This document shows positions 1 through 10,265 of a DNA stretch of 64,000 nucleotides, one piece after another. Within the stretch, counting starts at the first letter, position 1. Each line of letters starts with the position of its first letter. Source of the stretch: a bacterium (GTDB taxonomy: Bacteria > SZUA-182 > DTGQ01); assembly GCA_040752695.1 (NCBI GenBank), contig JBFMGO010000006.1, forward strand, positions 35,568-99,567, in the 5' to 3' direction. A program made the position numbers and the translations under genes. Under the pieces are notes generated by a model. It was not told the DNA's origin. It made no database searches and worked only from the letters and a program-made list of their open reading frames with translations.

Positions 1-142
1 GGAATTTTTACTCCATCTGACACTGACTCGCTTGGCGGAAAAGATAAACCAGAAGGCCATTGTTGAGCAGGTCATCCAGTCCCTCCATAAGAAATGAAAT
101 CCCTCCGTTAAGGAATACAAAGTCCCACTTTTTAGCTGCGGG

Positions 143-178
143 AAACAAAAACCCTCCCCCAAAAACGGGGGAGGGTTT
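143..178 (-). terminator. Rho-independent terminator downstream of the PPIase gene
   Basis: 12-bp stem AAACCCTCCCCC/GGGGGAGGGTTT with a 6-nt loop, followed by a T-run on the minus strand. Confidence 0.7.
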
Positions 179-287
179 GAGGAAAGACCGTCATAAAAAG
201 CGTAATGCACGTAAGGCAATGAAGAGTGCCGGGCACGGCACTGCCAATAAGCAATACTTTTCAAGGCACTGCCAATAAGCACTGCTT

Positions 288-1463
288 TTATGGATGTCCC
301 GGTGGTTTGTTAGTTCCAGGCATTGCGGGTGGCATGGCCGGGGTTTCCGGTGCCTGAGGCTTCGGCAAAAGGGATTGAATGTCGGCCTTCTCCCGCAAAG
401 ACTGGATAAAGGTCCTCACTGCATCGCTTCTTTGCTTTCCGCTGAGGTATTGTTTGATACGAGCTTTACTTTCCTCGAATGAGGTTTCAGCTTCGGGTTT
501 GCTGTTCGTAACCTTGATAATATGATAGCCAAACGGAGTTTCAATAATGTCGCTGACTTCCCCGACTTTCAGGCTGAACGCGGCCTGAGAGAATTCCGGA
601 ACCATCTGCTTGCGGGTAAAAAATCCAAGATCTCCGCCGTTTTGCGAACTGGGGCAGTCAGAATTTTCCTTGGCGAGTTTTGCAAAATCTTCACCTGCCT
701 TGACTTTTTTGAGAATGTCGGTGATTTTCTCTTTAGCCGCTTTCTTCGTTGCCTCATCGGCATCTTTCTCTACCTTGACCAGAATGTGGCTGGCCTGTAT
801 CATCTCTTCCTGCTTGAACTGGTCCTTATGAGCATCATAGTATTTTTTGAGCTCTTCTTCACTTGCCGCAGGTTCAGATGATGTCTGATTAGCCATTTGC
901 TGCTGGATGACCCGCGAAATAATCATATTCCTTTTTAACTCTTTCTTCAGTTCTTCAAGCGTAATCTTGTTCTCTTTTAACTTCTCTTCAAATTCCGCTT
1001 CAGTAGAGAACTGCTTTTTGAATTGCTCGATTCTGGCGAGGATTTCTTCATCAGGGACCGTAATGTTGAGTTCCTGGCCTTTTTGGCAGAGCAGTTCACT
1101 CTCGATAAGCCGATCCAGGATGATCTGCTGAAGCTGCTGTACCTGTTCGGGCGGCAGCTTGCCTTCCATGTTCTGGTTCTGGTTGACATGAGCACTAAAG
1201 GTCCGGTCAAGTTCTTTACGGTAAATGTTGACCCCATTGACCTTGGCCACAACGTCTTCCGGGTTCCCGGATTGTCCCGATGTCGGCTGGGGCTGGACCT
1301 TCTCCTCTCCCTTTTCTTTTGTTGATGTCACAGGAGGCGTGGATTGGCTCCCGTTATTTCCCTCTTTGCCTGGTGTAGGAGAAGAGTGACAGGCATAAAG
1401 AAATAGAGAGCTGCAAATAAGAAGTGTAAAGGCAGATTTGAGGGATTTTTGCAAATTCATCAT
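288..1463 (-). CDS. PpiC/parvulin-type peptidyl-prolyl isomerase, SurA/PrsA-like lipoprotein
   Basis: Lipobox-like LYAC, SurA-N-like region (VVAKVNG), rotamase motifs ASHILVK, FAKLAKENSDCPS, GGDLGFF, TPFGYHIIKV; start moved to ATG 1463 behind GAAGGAG RBS. Confidence 0.92.
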   Translation of the reverse strand: MMNLQKSLKSAFTLLICSSLFLYACHSSPTPGKEGNNGSQSTPPVTSTKEKGEEKVQPQPTSGQSGNPEDVVAKVNGVNIYRKELDRTFSAHVNQNQNMEGKLPPEQVQQLQQIILDRLIESELLCQKGQELNITVPDEEILARIEQFKKQFSTEAEFEEKLKENKITLEELKKELKRNMIISRVIQQQMANQTSSEPAASEEELKKYYDAHKDQFKQEEMIQASHILVKVEKDADEATKKAAKEKITDILKKVKAGEDFAKLAKENSDCPSSQNGGDLGFFTRKQMVPEFSQAAFSLKVGEVSDIIETPFGYHIIKVTNSKPEAETSFEESKARIKQYLSGKQRSDAVRTFIQSLREKADIQSLLPKPQAPETPAMPPAMPGTNKPPGHP

Positions 1464-1548
1464 TTTTTCTCCTTCGTTAGATGGCCAATTGACGATCAAT
1501 CTCCTGCCGGGAACAAATAGGCAGCAAGTTCTTTAGGCTAAAGGTGAA

Positions 1549-1577
1549 ATTATCTCAGGAAACAATACCTTTGTCAA
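1549..1577 (-). promoter_or_regulatory. sigma70-type promoter for the PPIase gene
   Basis: TTGACA-N17-GATAAT on the minus strand. Confidence 0.55.
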
Positions 1578-1914
1578 TATTTATCAGTGTTCTCGCCTTG
1601 ACAGATTATGATACGGTAAAAAACTGCGGGAGAGAAAAAGATTATCGGTATTAATTGCCGGTGATCCTGTACTATACTTAACAGTGATCTTGCAGTGTAC
1701 TTAACGGTGTTAAGTGCAGTATGCTCAGAAGACAGGGGGAAGCACCCACACACCTTTAGGACTTTGGTGAAAAAGCGGGGAACATCTCCGATTCTGGGCT
1801 TGAACAGAAAGATAACTTCTGGTAAAATGATAGCTTATCGGAGTTATCAATAAACACAACTCTTTTAAGATGCCGAACGATTTATGAGAGAATTATGAAG
1901 AATAAAAGGAGCTT

Positions 1915-2658
1915 TTGTCCATGATCAACATTGCCGTTTCCTTGATTATCGGTATTGGAATCTTTTCTCTATCTCATTTTGTACTTGGCTGGCACTGGAT
2001 TATTGGAGCTATTCTGGGTCAGATTGCAGCTATCGCTGTCTTCTTCCTGCTGGCTAAATTAATCATGAAAAAGATTACCGCCATTATTGAGCTCTCCAAT
2101 GAAGAGTTGACCAGAGGGCAGTTTGATCGGGCCATCGGTGTCCTTGAAAGCGGATTCAAACATAAATATCAGCACCCTTTCGTTGCCTCTCAATTGAACT
2201 CCCAAATCGGAGTGATCCATTACTATAAAAAAGATTTAAAGAAGGCTGAAGAATATCTTAAAAAGGGGATCGCCAGCCATTACGTCGGCCAGTGTATGCT
2301 GGGCGTCTTATATATGAAAAAAAAGGATGAAGAAAACATGAAGAAAGCCTTCAAGGCTGCTACCCGCGCCTCAGGAAAAGAAAGTATTGTCTGGTCCCTT
2401 TATGCTTATTGCCTGAGCAGCCTTGGAAAAAAGGATGAAGCCATCGAAGTCCTCAACAAAGGCCAAAAGCGGCTCCCAAATGACGAGAATATCAAGGCCA
2501 ATCTCACGGCCCTGCAGAACAACCAGAAAATGAAAATGCGGGCCTATAAAGAGATGTGGTCCATATTTATGCTGGAAAAGACCATCGTCCGGCAGCAGCC
2601 ACCCAGATTTGTCCGAGGTGGCGGCGGCGGCAATATCCGGAGAATATACAAGAGGTAA
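1915..2658 (+). CDS. Membrane-anchored TPR-repeat protein
   Basis: Two N-terminal hydrophobic helices, then TPR-like helices (GQFDRAIGVLE, KKAEEYLKK, GKKDEAIEVLNKG); AAAGGAG RBS before TTG. Confidence 0.75.
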   Translation: MSMINIAVSLIIGIGIFSLSHFVLGWHWIIGAILGQIAAIAVFFLLAKLIMKKITAIIELSNEELTRGQFDRAIGVLESGFKHKYQHPFVASQLNSQIGVIHYYKKDLKKAEEYLKKGIASHYVGQCMLGVLYMKKKDEENMKKAFKAATRASGKESIVWSLYAYCLSSLGKKDEAIEVLNKGQKRLPNDENIKANLTALQNNQKMKMRAYKEMWSIFMLEKTIVRQQPPRFVRGGGGGNIRRIYKR

Positions 2659-2710
2659 TGTAACTGCTCAGAGTTCCTATCTGAATGAAAGTATGGGATT
2701 TTTCATACTC

Positions 2711-4519
2711 CTATCGGATCTCTACCAGGTAAGGCATCAGGAACAGCGACCTTTCCCTGGAAAGCAGGCTGTTCAGCATCGTCAGATGGTTGACAGTCCT
2801 CATCAGTTCCACATTGAGGGGAGGAGAGGAATGGCCAAATTTCTCCATTAAAAATGGGGGGAGGGTACGCAGGATGTCGATCAGACTTTCCGGTTCTACC
2901 GTGACCTGGACAACAGTGGGAACCACATCCTTGTCCAACCCGATCTTTTTCTTCACAGCCTGGATTACTTCATAATAACCGCCAACCCCGTCTATCAGGC
3001 CAATCTTACTGGCCTGCTGGCCGGTCCAGACCCTTCCTTGAGCAACCGTATCCAGCTCTTCATACTCTTTACCCCGACTCACCGATGCCTTGGTGACAAA
3101 GCTCCGATAGGTATTGTGCAAAAATGCATCAAAGTCCCGGCGCTGATTGGGAGTAAAGCTCTGTACAGGAGAGAAGAGAGATGCTCCGTCACTAAAGGCT
3201 ATCGTTTCCGTGTGAGCGCCGACTTTTTCCAGCAGACTGGTTGCTACAAACTTACCGCCGAAAACGCCGATGGAGCCGGTGAGCGTAGCCGGGCCGGCAT
3301 ATATTTGTTCAGCGCCCATGGAAATATAATAGCCGCCTGAGGCAGCCATAGAACCCATGGACACAAAAACCGGCTTTTTAGTGTTCAATTTCCTGATTCT
3401 ATCCCAGATTATATCCGAGGCCAGGGCCGATCCTCCCGGACTGTTCACCCGTATGATCAACGCCTTGATGTCGGAATCATCCTCCACCTCTTCCAGTTTT
3501 CTCAGGATGTCTTCGGGCCAGATGGAAGTCTCCCTTATCTGATGCTCCTCCGGAGCCATCTGAATCATTCCATTGGCCATAATCAAGGCGATCTTGTTGC
3601 GGGTATCGACCTTTGCACCTTTAAGGGATTTTGGTGAAATGCTGGCATAGGTGTTGAAATTCAGTGGCTCGACTCCAGGAAAAAGCTTTTTTTCCACGGT
3701 GTCGAGAAATTCATCGCGGTAAGTGATCTCATCTACCAGTTTCCGCTCTAAAGCTTCCTTTGATGTAATGAGTCCCTTGTTCAGGCACTCGGACATCTCT
3801 TCTTTGCTCAGTTTCCGGTTTTTAACCAAGGTATCGATGAAGGTTTCCTGGATATCTTTCAAAAGCTCCATATTTACCATTCTCGCATCATCCGACATGG
3901 CATTGGAGGTAAAGGTTTCAGGAGCACTCTTGAATCGCCCCGCACGGAGGAAATCCGCCTCAACCCCAATCTTGGCCAGCGTATCTTTCACATAGATAAA
4001 CGAAGCGGAGACGCCCGGTATATATAAACTCCCCTCTTCCTGGAGAAAGATTTGATCCGCTGCCGAGGCTAACAGATAGTTTTTGTTGTCTGCCTCACTT
4101 AAAAAGACATAAATCTTTTTACCCTGTTTTTTAAAACGATTAAGAGCATCATTCAATTCAAGAAAGGTATTCAGTCCGGCCTGGGCATCCAGGCTTTTGA
4201 TGACCAATCCCTGAATTCGCTCATCACGGGATGCCTGATCGATCGCAGAGACCAGATTGTAGAGCTGATATCTTGGCCGGGCTTCAATGATTTCAATAAC
4301 TCTGTGGATCTCGGAGACCTCCTGATCCTGAATATCTCCAACCAGGCTCAGTTGTAGATAGTAAGGCTGATCAGCCAGGGGCTTCTCCTTTTCAGCCAGG
4401 TGCGGGGTGACTTTTCCGATATTGCTCACCAAACCATAGATAAACACCAGAAAAAGTATCATGAACAGCGTGGTCAGAAATCCCACGATCATCAGGTAGT
4501 ACTTTAAAATGTTTTTCAT
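2711..4519 (-). CDS. sppA: Signal peptide peptidase SppA (protease IV, 67K type)
   Basis: N-terminal TM, GRFKSAPE (catalytic Lys), RVNSPGGSALAS, MAASGGYY (catalytic Ser), TGSIGV, GRVWTG. Confidence 0.95.
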   Translation of the reverse strand: MKNILKYYLMIVGFLTTLFMILFLVFIYGLVSNIGKVTPHLAEKEKPLADQPYYLQLSLVGDIQDQEVSEIHRVIEIIEARPRYQLYNLVSAIDQASRDERIQGLVIKSLDAQAGLNTFLELNDALNRFKKQGKKIYVFLSEADNKNYLLASAADQIFLQEEGSLYIPGVSASFIYVKDTLAKIGVEADFLRAGRFKSAPETFTSNAMSDDARMVNMELLKDIQETFIDTLVKNRKLSKEEMSECLNKGLITSKEALERKLVDEITYRDEFLDTVEKKLFPGVEPLNFNTYASISPKSLKGAKVDTRNKIALIMANGMIQMAPEEHQIRETSIWPEDILRKLEEVEDDSDIKALIIRVNSPGGSALASDIIWDRIRKLNTKKPVFVSMGSMAASGGYYISMGAEQIYAGPATLTGSIGVFGGKFVATSLLEKVGAHTETIAFSDGASLFSPVQSFTPNQRRDFDAFLHNTYRSFVTKASVSRGKEYEELDTVAQGRVWTGQQASKIGLIDGVGGYYEVIQAVKKKIGLDKDVVPTVVQVTVEPESLIDILRTLPPFLMEKFGHSSPPLNVELMRTVNHLTMLNSLLSRERSLFLMPYLVEIR

Positions 4520-4789
4520 CTTCCGTGCTTCCTTCTTTCCTTTGTATTCAGCTAAGTCAATATACTTTTTTCACTTTTCGTAATTTTCCCCAATTTTCCG
4601 GTAAGATCGGGAAAAGAGACACCCAACACACTCCTTTAGTAAATGGGACTGGAGGAATTTTTACCAGCTCTCGCCTACAGAATTGAGAATCGCTATGGCA
4701 GTCCATAAAAGTCTTGAGGAAAAGATATCATAAGGTGAAAATATTAGTCAAGGAAAGTGTTTTTATTTATGAGACCAACAGGATGCAGG

Positions 4790-4818
4790 TTGACAAGAAT
4801 AAGGGACCACAGTATAAT
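4790..4818 (+). promoter_or_regulatory. Consensus sigma70 promoter
   Basis: Exact TTGACA-N17-TATAAT upstream of the receiver gene. Confidence 0.75.
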
Positions 4819-4869
4819 ATTGCGGTTTTTTAATATTTTTATGAATGACTATCTTAAAGATTTTATTTT

Positions 4870-5271
4870 TTGTTTGAAAAATGGATAAACAGTATGCTCC
4901 CCAAATTTTTAGTTTTAGATGATTGCGAACATTTTCTGGAGCTTTATGAACGCTTTCTTACCGAAACCTTCCCTGGTGCCATCGTAAAGAAAGCGATTAA
5001 TAATAAAAATGCCTGGTCAATTCTGAAAAACTTTTATCCTGACATCATAATCACTGATTTGGCCCATCCTGGTGAAGACGGGTACGAATTTTTAGTAAAA
5101 ATTCGTCGCGATCCTAAAAAATGCTCTATTCCTGTCATATGTATCTCTGGTTGTGCAGATGCTTTATTGAGAAGAGGAGGGGGGAATGGGGAACAATTTA
5201 ACGCAATTCTAACTAAGCCTATGGAATTGCAGATATTAACAGATTGCATCATGAAGTTTCTCTCCTGCTGA
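4870..5271 (+). CDS. Single-domain response regulator (receiver only)
   Basis: LVLDD, PDIIITD (phosphoacceptor Asp), DGYEF, IPVICIS, LTKP; start may be ATG 4894. Confidence 0.85.
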   Translation: MFEKWINSMLPKFLVLDDCEHFLELYERFLTETFPGAIVKKAINNKNAWSILKNFYPDIIITDLAHPGEDGYEFLVKIRRDPKKCSIPVICISGCADALLRRGGGNGEQFNAILTKPMELQILTDCIMKFLSC

Positions 5272-5607
5272 AATTATTTGAATAAAGACATATATATATG
5301 TCATTATTTTACTATTATTCAGCCTGTCCGTCTATGCAGGGCATGAAGTCCAACGGGATTATGCCCACTCCAGCAGGACTCCTACCACATTTCCCATAAA
5401 TTTCAGTAGCCAGGCCGATCGCTTTCCTTAAGCAACCCATCAAAGCCTATACTCTGCCTGTACTCTTTCTTATTTTTTTATCTTGGTGGCTCTTCGTGTC
5501 CTCACTTGCACTCAGCAACCGGGATTGGTTCCTGAAAAGAATTTCTGAAATGAATCTCCGGCTATATGGAAAAATTTCCAGTAACATTTGAAATGTTGAT
5601 TTTATCT

Positions 5608-5637
5608 TGACAGCTTTCAGCAATACATAGTACTTTG
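5608..5637 (+). promoter_or_regulatory. Probable sigma70 promoter
   Basis: TTGACA-N18-TACTTT, about 210 nt upstream of ORF 5849. Confidence 0.4.
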
Positions 5638-5848
5638 TATTGTACATACTGCACGCCGGAGAAGGAAGGAAACGGGCGTGAGATTTCTGCCGCACTCCAC
5701 ACAGAAGAGCGCTTTACTCTTAAACTTATTGTAATGGCAATGAATTTGCATTTGTATATACCATATTTGATAATCGGGCAGTCTGATCAGGAGACTGAAG
5801 CTGCTGTGGAGTCAGTGGAGCAGGCAATAGGAATGAGAAGCAGAACAG

Positions 5849-6328
5849 ATGACTGACAAGGAAGTTTTAAAACTCCTCCATAACCTTGAGGTGGAAATAG
5901 CAAGCCTTAAGCAGATATCATCCACCTTGGCCCAGTTTATGGCCAATGAAGGGAAAAATGAAGGGAAAGAGGAAATTTTTTCCAGTGAATTGACAACCGT
6001 AAGTGACGAGGTCATCTTCTTGAGAAAAAAGCTGGAACAGGAAAAAAGCAAACGTAATCAGGAGTTGGATTCAAAAATCACGGCGTTATCAATTCGCCTG
6101 GACCGGCTGGAAATAGATGGTTCGAAAAACAGATTCAAAGTGGATGAAAAGGAATATAGAAAAATCAGGGGTGATATGGCTGCTAATGCCCTGGAACTGG
6201 CTGAAGCCAGAGCTCATTTAGAACGCAGGGGAAAGGAACTGGTCGAACATCGAAAACGAATCCAGGAACTGGAAGCTGAAGTGGAAAAGCTTCGGCGGCG
6301 ATTGCCATGGTGGAGGAAATTCTTCTAG
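5849..6328 (+). CDS. Coiled-coil hypothetical protein with C-terminal amphipathic PWWRKFF tail
   Basis: 159-aa ORF with E/K/R/L heptad pattern and aromatic-basic terminus. Confidence 0.7.
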   Translation: MTDKEVLKLLHNLEVEIASLKQISSTLAQFMANEGKNEGKEEIFSSELTTVSDEVIFLRKKLEQEKSKRNQELDSKITALSIRLDRLEIDGSKNRFKVDEKEYRKIRGDMAANALELAEARAHLERRGKELVEHRKRIQELEAEVEKLRRRLPWWRKFF

Positions 6329-6497
6329 AGGTATGATCCTAAAATAAAAATCCTCCCGGCCCCCTTTATAAAAAGGGGAGGATAGGTGCCTTTGGAAGAG
6401 TGAGGGCTTAAGGGCGTGTAATTTGATCAAGGAAAAGCGCTATTATTACTGCTAATCGGCGTGCCATTGTAAGGGGTATAAGGAAGGAAACAGCCTG

Positions 6498-7979
6498 ATG
6501 GATTGCAAGTCCTGGAGAATAGTATGGGTGATAGTCCTCTTTGTCTTTTTTTCTCTGGCCTTTAGTCTAACCGTTCCGGTGTTTGATGCTCCTGATGAGC
6601 CTTATCATTTTGAATACATCCGCTTTTTGGCTGAGCATAAGAACCTGCCCAATCAGACAGTTGAGGAGCTCTCGCTCACTACCGAGGGGTTTAACCCGCC
6701 CCTTTACTATCTGATCGAAGCCATACCGTTACATATCCTCTCCAAGGATAATGCATCCGATATCGGGATACACACCGTGCGGGACCTTATGCAGTTTGCC
6801 TACGACCCTGAGGCCGGCTTTAGTGAGCGGATTTATCCCCCCCTCAATCCGGACTACATCAAATTGGGAAAGGGTCAGCAGAGGAACATGTTTTTGACCA
6901 CCAGTCAGGACAGGTTTCCATTCTCCGGCTCAATCAGGGTGATTCATATCCTGAGGCTGATTTCGATCATCTTCGGCAGCCTGACCGTTTTTTTCGCTTT
7001 CAGGATCGCGGAGGCGCTCTTTCCCGACAGAAGGAATATTGCCCTTCTGACAGCAGCCCTTTGCGGCTTTAATCCCCAGTTCACTTTTTTAAGCGGGGTC
7101 TTGAATAACGACAACCTGGTCACTCTGCTTTCGACCATGTCGCTGTATTTATTAACCAAATTAATCCTGTCAGAGAGGGATAAGCCAAAGTGGATCGTCG
7201 GTCTTGGGGTCACGATCGGGTTGGGGTTGATCAGCAAGGTAAATATTTCCTTCCTGGTGGGGATATCCATTATCGGTCTGATTTACCAGGCTATAACAGG
7301 GCCAGCCCGCGAGCGCAGATTTGTCATGCTGGTTCGGAATCTGGTCCTTTTACTGATCCCGATAGCGGCGGTTTCCGGATGGTTTTTTGTCAGGAATATC
7401 TCCCTTTTCGGGTTCAGCGATCCTTTAGGATGGAAACTCCAGGCCATCCAGAATCCCGAGCTGGTAATGCCCAGCCAGATCAAGGTACAGTTTATTACCC
7501 GGGCTCTTGCGCCGAGGCTCTTTACCTCTTTCTGGGGTCAATTCGATTGGCTGACCATCAGACTCCCTGACTGGGCCTATGGGATATATGGCCTGATCAG
7601 CCTGATGAGCCTTTTGGGATTGGGTGCAGGAATTGGTGCTTCCCTGACCGGAGGCAACGGGAGCAAAAGCAAAGGGAGGAAAAACAGAAGGATGAAGAGG
7701 GTCACCGCCTGCCTCCTGCTCTATCTGGCCGCCGTTTGTTTGGCTGTGACCAATCTCATTATCCTGAATCTTACGTTTTTTTCCGAGCAGGGCAGATTGA
7801 TCTTTCCCGTGATCGCTCCATTGTGTGTCTTTATGGCCCTGGGCGTAGACAGCAGCTTCCGTTTTCTCTCGCGGTCACTGAAAATAAAGCCCGGTCTGCT
7901 CGTCTACTCTTTCATCCTGCTCCTGATCGGATTGAACCTGTACAGCCTGATCGGAGTCGTTTATCCAATTTACCGCTAG
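6498..7979 (+). CDS. Polytopic GT-C fold glycosyltransferase (GT39/PMT-like, DUF2142-like)
   Basis: PVFDAPDEPYHF, PPLYY, NNDNL, SFWGQF and QGRL motifs with many TM helices. Confidence 0.85.
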   Translation: MDCKSWRIVWVIVLFVFFSLAFSLTVPVFDAPDEPYHFEYIRFLAEHKNLPNQTVEELSLTTEGFNPPLYYLIEAIPLHILSKDNASDIGIHTVRDLMQFAYDPEAGFSERIYPPLNPDYIKLGKGQQRNMFLTTSQDRFPFSGSIRVIHILRLISIIFGSLTVFFAFRIAEALFPDRRNIALLTAALCGFNPQFTFLSGVLNNDNLVTLLSTMSLYLLTKLILSERDKPKWIVGLGVTIGLGLISKVNISFLVGISIIGLIYQAITGPARERRFVMLVRNLVLLLIPIAAVSGWFFVRNISLFGFSDPLGWKLQAIQNPELVMPSQIKVQFITRALAPRLFTSFWGQFDWLTIRLPDWAYGIYGLISLMSLLGLGAGIGASLTGGNGSKSKGRKNRRMKRVTACLLLYLAAVCLAVTNLIILNLTFFSEQGRLIFPVIAPLCVFMALGVDSSFRFLSRSLKIKPGLLVYSFILLLIGLNLYSLIGVVYPIYR

Positions 7980-8027
7980 GCCGTGTATACAAATGGTCCG
8001 TACATACAAATAGGCCGTATATACAAA
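7977..8027 (+). repeat. 3 x 17-bp tandem repeat starting at the TAG stop
   Basis: TAGGCCGTGTATACAAA / TGGTCCGTACATACAAA / TAGGCCGTATATACAAA. Confidence 0.85.
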
Positions 8028-8262
8028 CTCATGCACGGTCGTTGGAGTTATTTCAAGCGATATCCAGTATTCGGCATCGGCATTCGAGTATGAGCGTTCG
8101 GCATGAGCATCGGCATTTGGCATCCGGCATTGGCAGATGGTTTAGAACTGGAATACTGGTTGCAGGTATCAGGGATATCACTATGGCGAGAGACTTCCGC
8201 CTCGTTGTACAAGGATGAGGAGACCAAGGAAGGAGACGAGGAGACGAAAGGAGGGCCAGGCT

Positions 8263-9702
8263 ATGAATCCGAATGTTTCGCTATCGATCCTGATGCCTGT
8301 TTACAATGAGGTTTATACGGTAGGGGAGTGTCTCAGGCGGGTCCTGAGTGTGAGAAGTGATTTCATTTCCGAGCTTGAAATTATCGTGGTTGACGACGGA
8401 TCAACTGACGGCACTCGTGAAATCCTGCGGGAATTAGCTGGAGAGCATCGTGAGATCATCCTGATCGAGCAAAAAACCAACCAGGGAAAAGGTCAGGCCA
8501 TCCGCACTGCTCTGTCCAGGGCCAGCAAGGATATCTGCCTTGTCCAGGACGCTGACCTTGAATACAACCCCAACGACTACGAGAAGCTGATAATTCCTTT
8601 TGTGAAGGAGAATGCCGATGCGGTCTTTGGTTCGCGTTTTCTGGTAGGAGACTATTGCCGGCTTCTCTATTTCCGGCATGCCCTGATCAACCGCTTCCTG
8701 ACCTTTTTGGCTGATCTGATCACCGATATCAATTATTCTGATATAGAGACCTGCTACAAGGCTGTCAGAACCAGGCTGCTCAAATCGATTCCCATACGCA
8801 GCAGAGGCTTCGGTATCGAGCCTGAGTTATCAATCAAACTGGCCAAACGCAAGGCTGTGATTTTCGAAGTACCCATCTCTTACGCAGGCCGGACCAAAGA
8901 GGAGGGAAAGAAAATTGGCTGGAAGGATGGGGTGAATGCACTATACACCCTGGTCAAGTTCTGGCTGTTAAATGACATCTATCAGAAGGAAGAATACGGA
9001 TCAGCCATTTTAGACAGCCTGTCCCATGCTCCCAATTTCTGCCGCTGGATGGCTGATACCATCCGGCCTTATGTAGGGGAGTATGTTCTGGAAATCGGCG
9101 CTGGCACAGGCAATCTGACTAGCCATATCACTCCCCGGCGCAGGTACCTGGCCAGTGACATTAACCTGAATTATCTCGATTATCTTAAAAATTACAGCCT
9201 TTACAAGCCATACATGGAGGTAAAATACATCGACCTGACCAAAGAGGAGGATTTTGCTCCCTATCAGGAGCAGTTCGATACGGTTATCTGCCTCAATGTC
9301 CTGGAGCATATCGAGGATGATTCGGCCGGATTAAGCAATATTTACCGGGCCCTGAGACCGGGTGGCCGGGCCATTGTCCTGGTGCCACATGGAGCCTGGC
9401 TCTACTCGAGTTTTGATAAGGTGCTTGGGCACTACCGCCGCTATGCAGATGCCCAATTGCAGGAAGCCATGACCAGGACGGGCTTTTGCCAGACCGAATT
9501 GATTACCTCATTCAACCGTATCGGCGTCCCTGCCTGGGTCCTGAATGGTAAGATACTGCAAAGGAAACACTTTTCCCCTGTTCAGATTAAGATCCTGAAT
9601 ACCTTCCAGGGTATCTTGCGCAGAGTCAATGCATTCCTGCCCTGGCATGGCTTGTCAACCATTGCTATCGGGTATAAGGAAGGAGGAACAAAATACCAAT
9701 GA
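8263..9702 (+). CDS. Bifunctional GT2 (DPM1-like) glycosyltransferase / class I SAM methyltransferase
   Basis: SILMPVYNE, VVDDGSTDGT, NQGKG, QDADLEY, DIETCYK; C-terminal VLEIGAGTG and CLNVLEHI; ATG 8263 follows AAGGAGGG. Confidence 0.92.
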   Translation: MNPNVSLSILMPVYNEVYTVGECLRRVLSVRSDFISELEIIVVDDGSTDGTREILRELAGEHREIILIEQKTNQGKGQAIRTALSRASKDICLVQDADLEYNPNDYEKLIIPFVKENADAVFGSRFLVGDYCRLLYFRHALINRFLTFLADLITDINYSDIETCYKAVRTRLLKSIPIRSRGFGIEPELSIKLAKRKAVIFEVPISYAGRTKEEGKKIGWKDGVNALYTLVKFWLLNDIYQKEEYGSAILDSLSHAPNFCRWMADTIRPYVGEYVLEIGAGTGNLTSHITPRRRYLASDINLNYLDYLKNYSLYKPYMEVKYIDLTKEEDFAPYQEQFDTVICLNVLEHIEDDSAGLSNIYRALRPGGRAIVLVPHGAWLYSSFDKVLGHYRRYADAQLQEAMTRTGFCQTELITSFNRIGVPAWVLNGKILQRKHFSPVQIKILNTFQGILRRVNAFLPWHGLSTIAIGYKEGGTKYQ

Positions 9703-10245
9703 GCAATAGCCAATAGGCAATAGCTAACGGCCAATAGGCAATAGAGAGGAGGCAGGCAGAAGACGGCAGGGAATAGACAGCAGGGAGCAGTGAGTAGACA
9801 GCAGGGAGGGGGAAGCAGGCAGAAGTTAGAAGGCAATGAGTAAAGGCAGTAAAAAGCGGCCAGTAAACAGCGATCAAGAAGCAGGAATGAGAAATCTCAA
9901 GAGTCAGGATTCAGAAAGTCGGTAGTGGGAGATTGGTTGGGGGAGTGTTAGCGGCAACCTGGTTTTACCCCCCTGAGACGTGCAGCAACCTCAGGGAGTC
10001 AGCATCCGGTGTATTCCATTACCAAGCATCCAGTATTCAGCGACCGTAACCTATCACCTCGCTGCCATCACTCAGTATCCAATATTCAGCCATTGCCAGC
10101 CATTGGCGGCCAGCATTCAATATTCAGCATCAAGCATCAAGCATCGGGCACCAAGCACCCAGCATCAAGCATCGAGTAGCATGCATCGGGCACCAGGCAT
10201 AGAATATCCAGTATTAAGCCGCTATCCACCAGTATCCGGTATTCA
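9696..10245. repeat. Degenerate heptamer simple-repeat tracts (CAATAG-, GCAG- and AGCATC-based)
   Basis: CCAATGA GCAATAG CCAATAG GCAATAG... and CAGCATC/AAGCATC/CAGTATC arrays; similar tracts at about 8066-8140 and 26930-27070. Confidence 0.7.
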
Positions 10246-10265
10246 TAACAAAAGGAGGTAAAACC

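Noticed and set aside
1..75. Possible 5' end of a minus-strand gene (MTCSTMAFWFIFS...)
   Set aside because: It has an RBS-like GGAGGG, but only 25 codons are visible and no motif is recognisable.
9582..10261. ORFs 9582-9836, 9665-9877 and 9980-10261
   Set aside because: They are translations of heptamer simple repeats with no protein signal.
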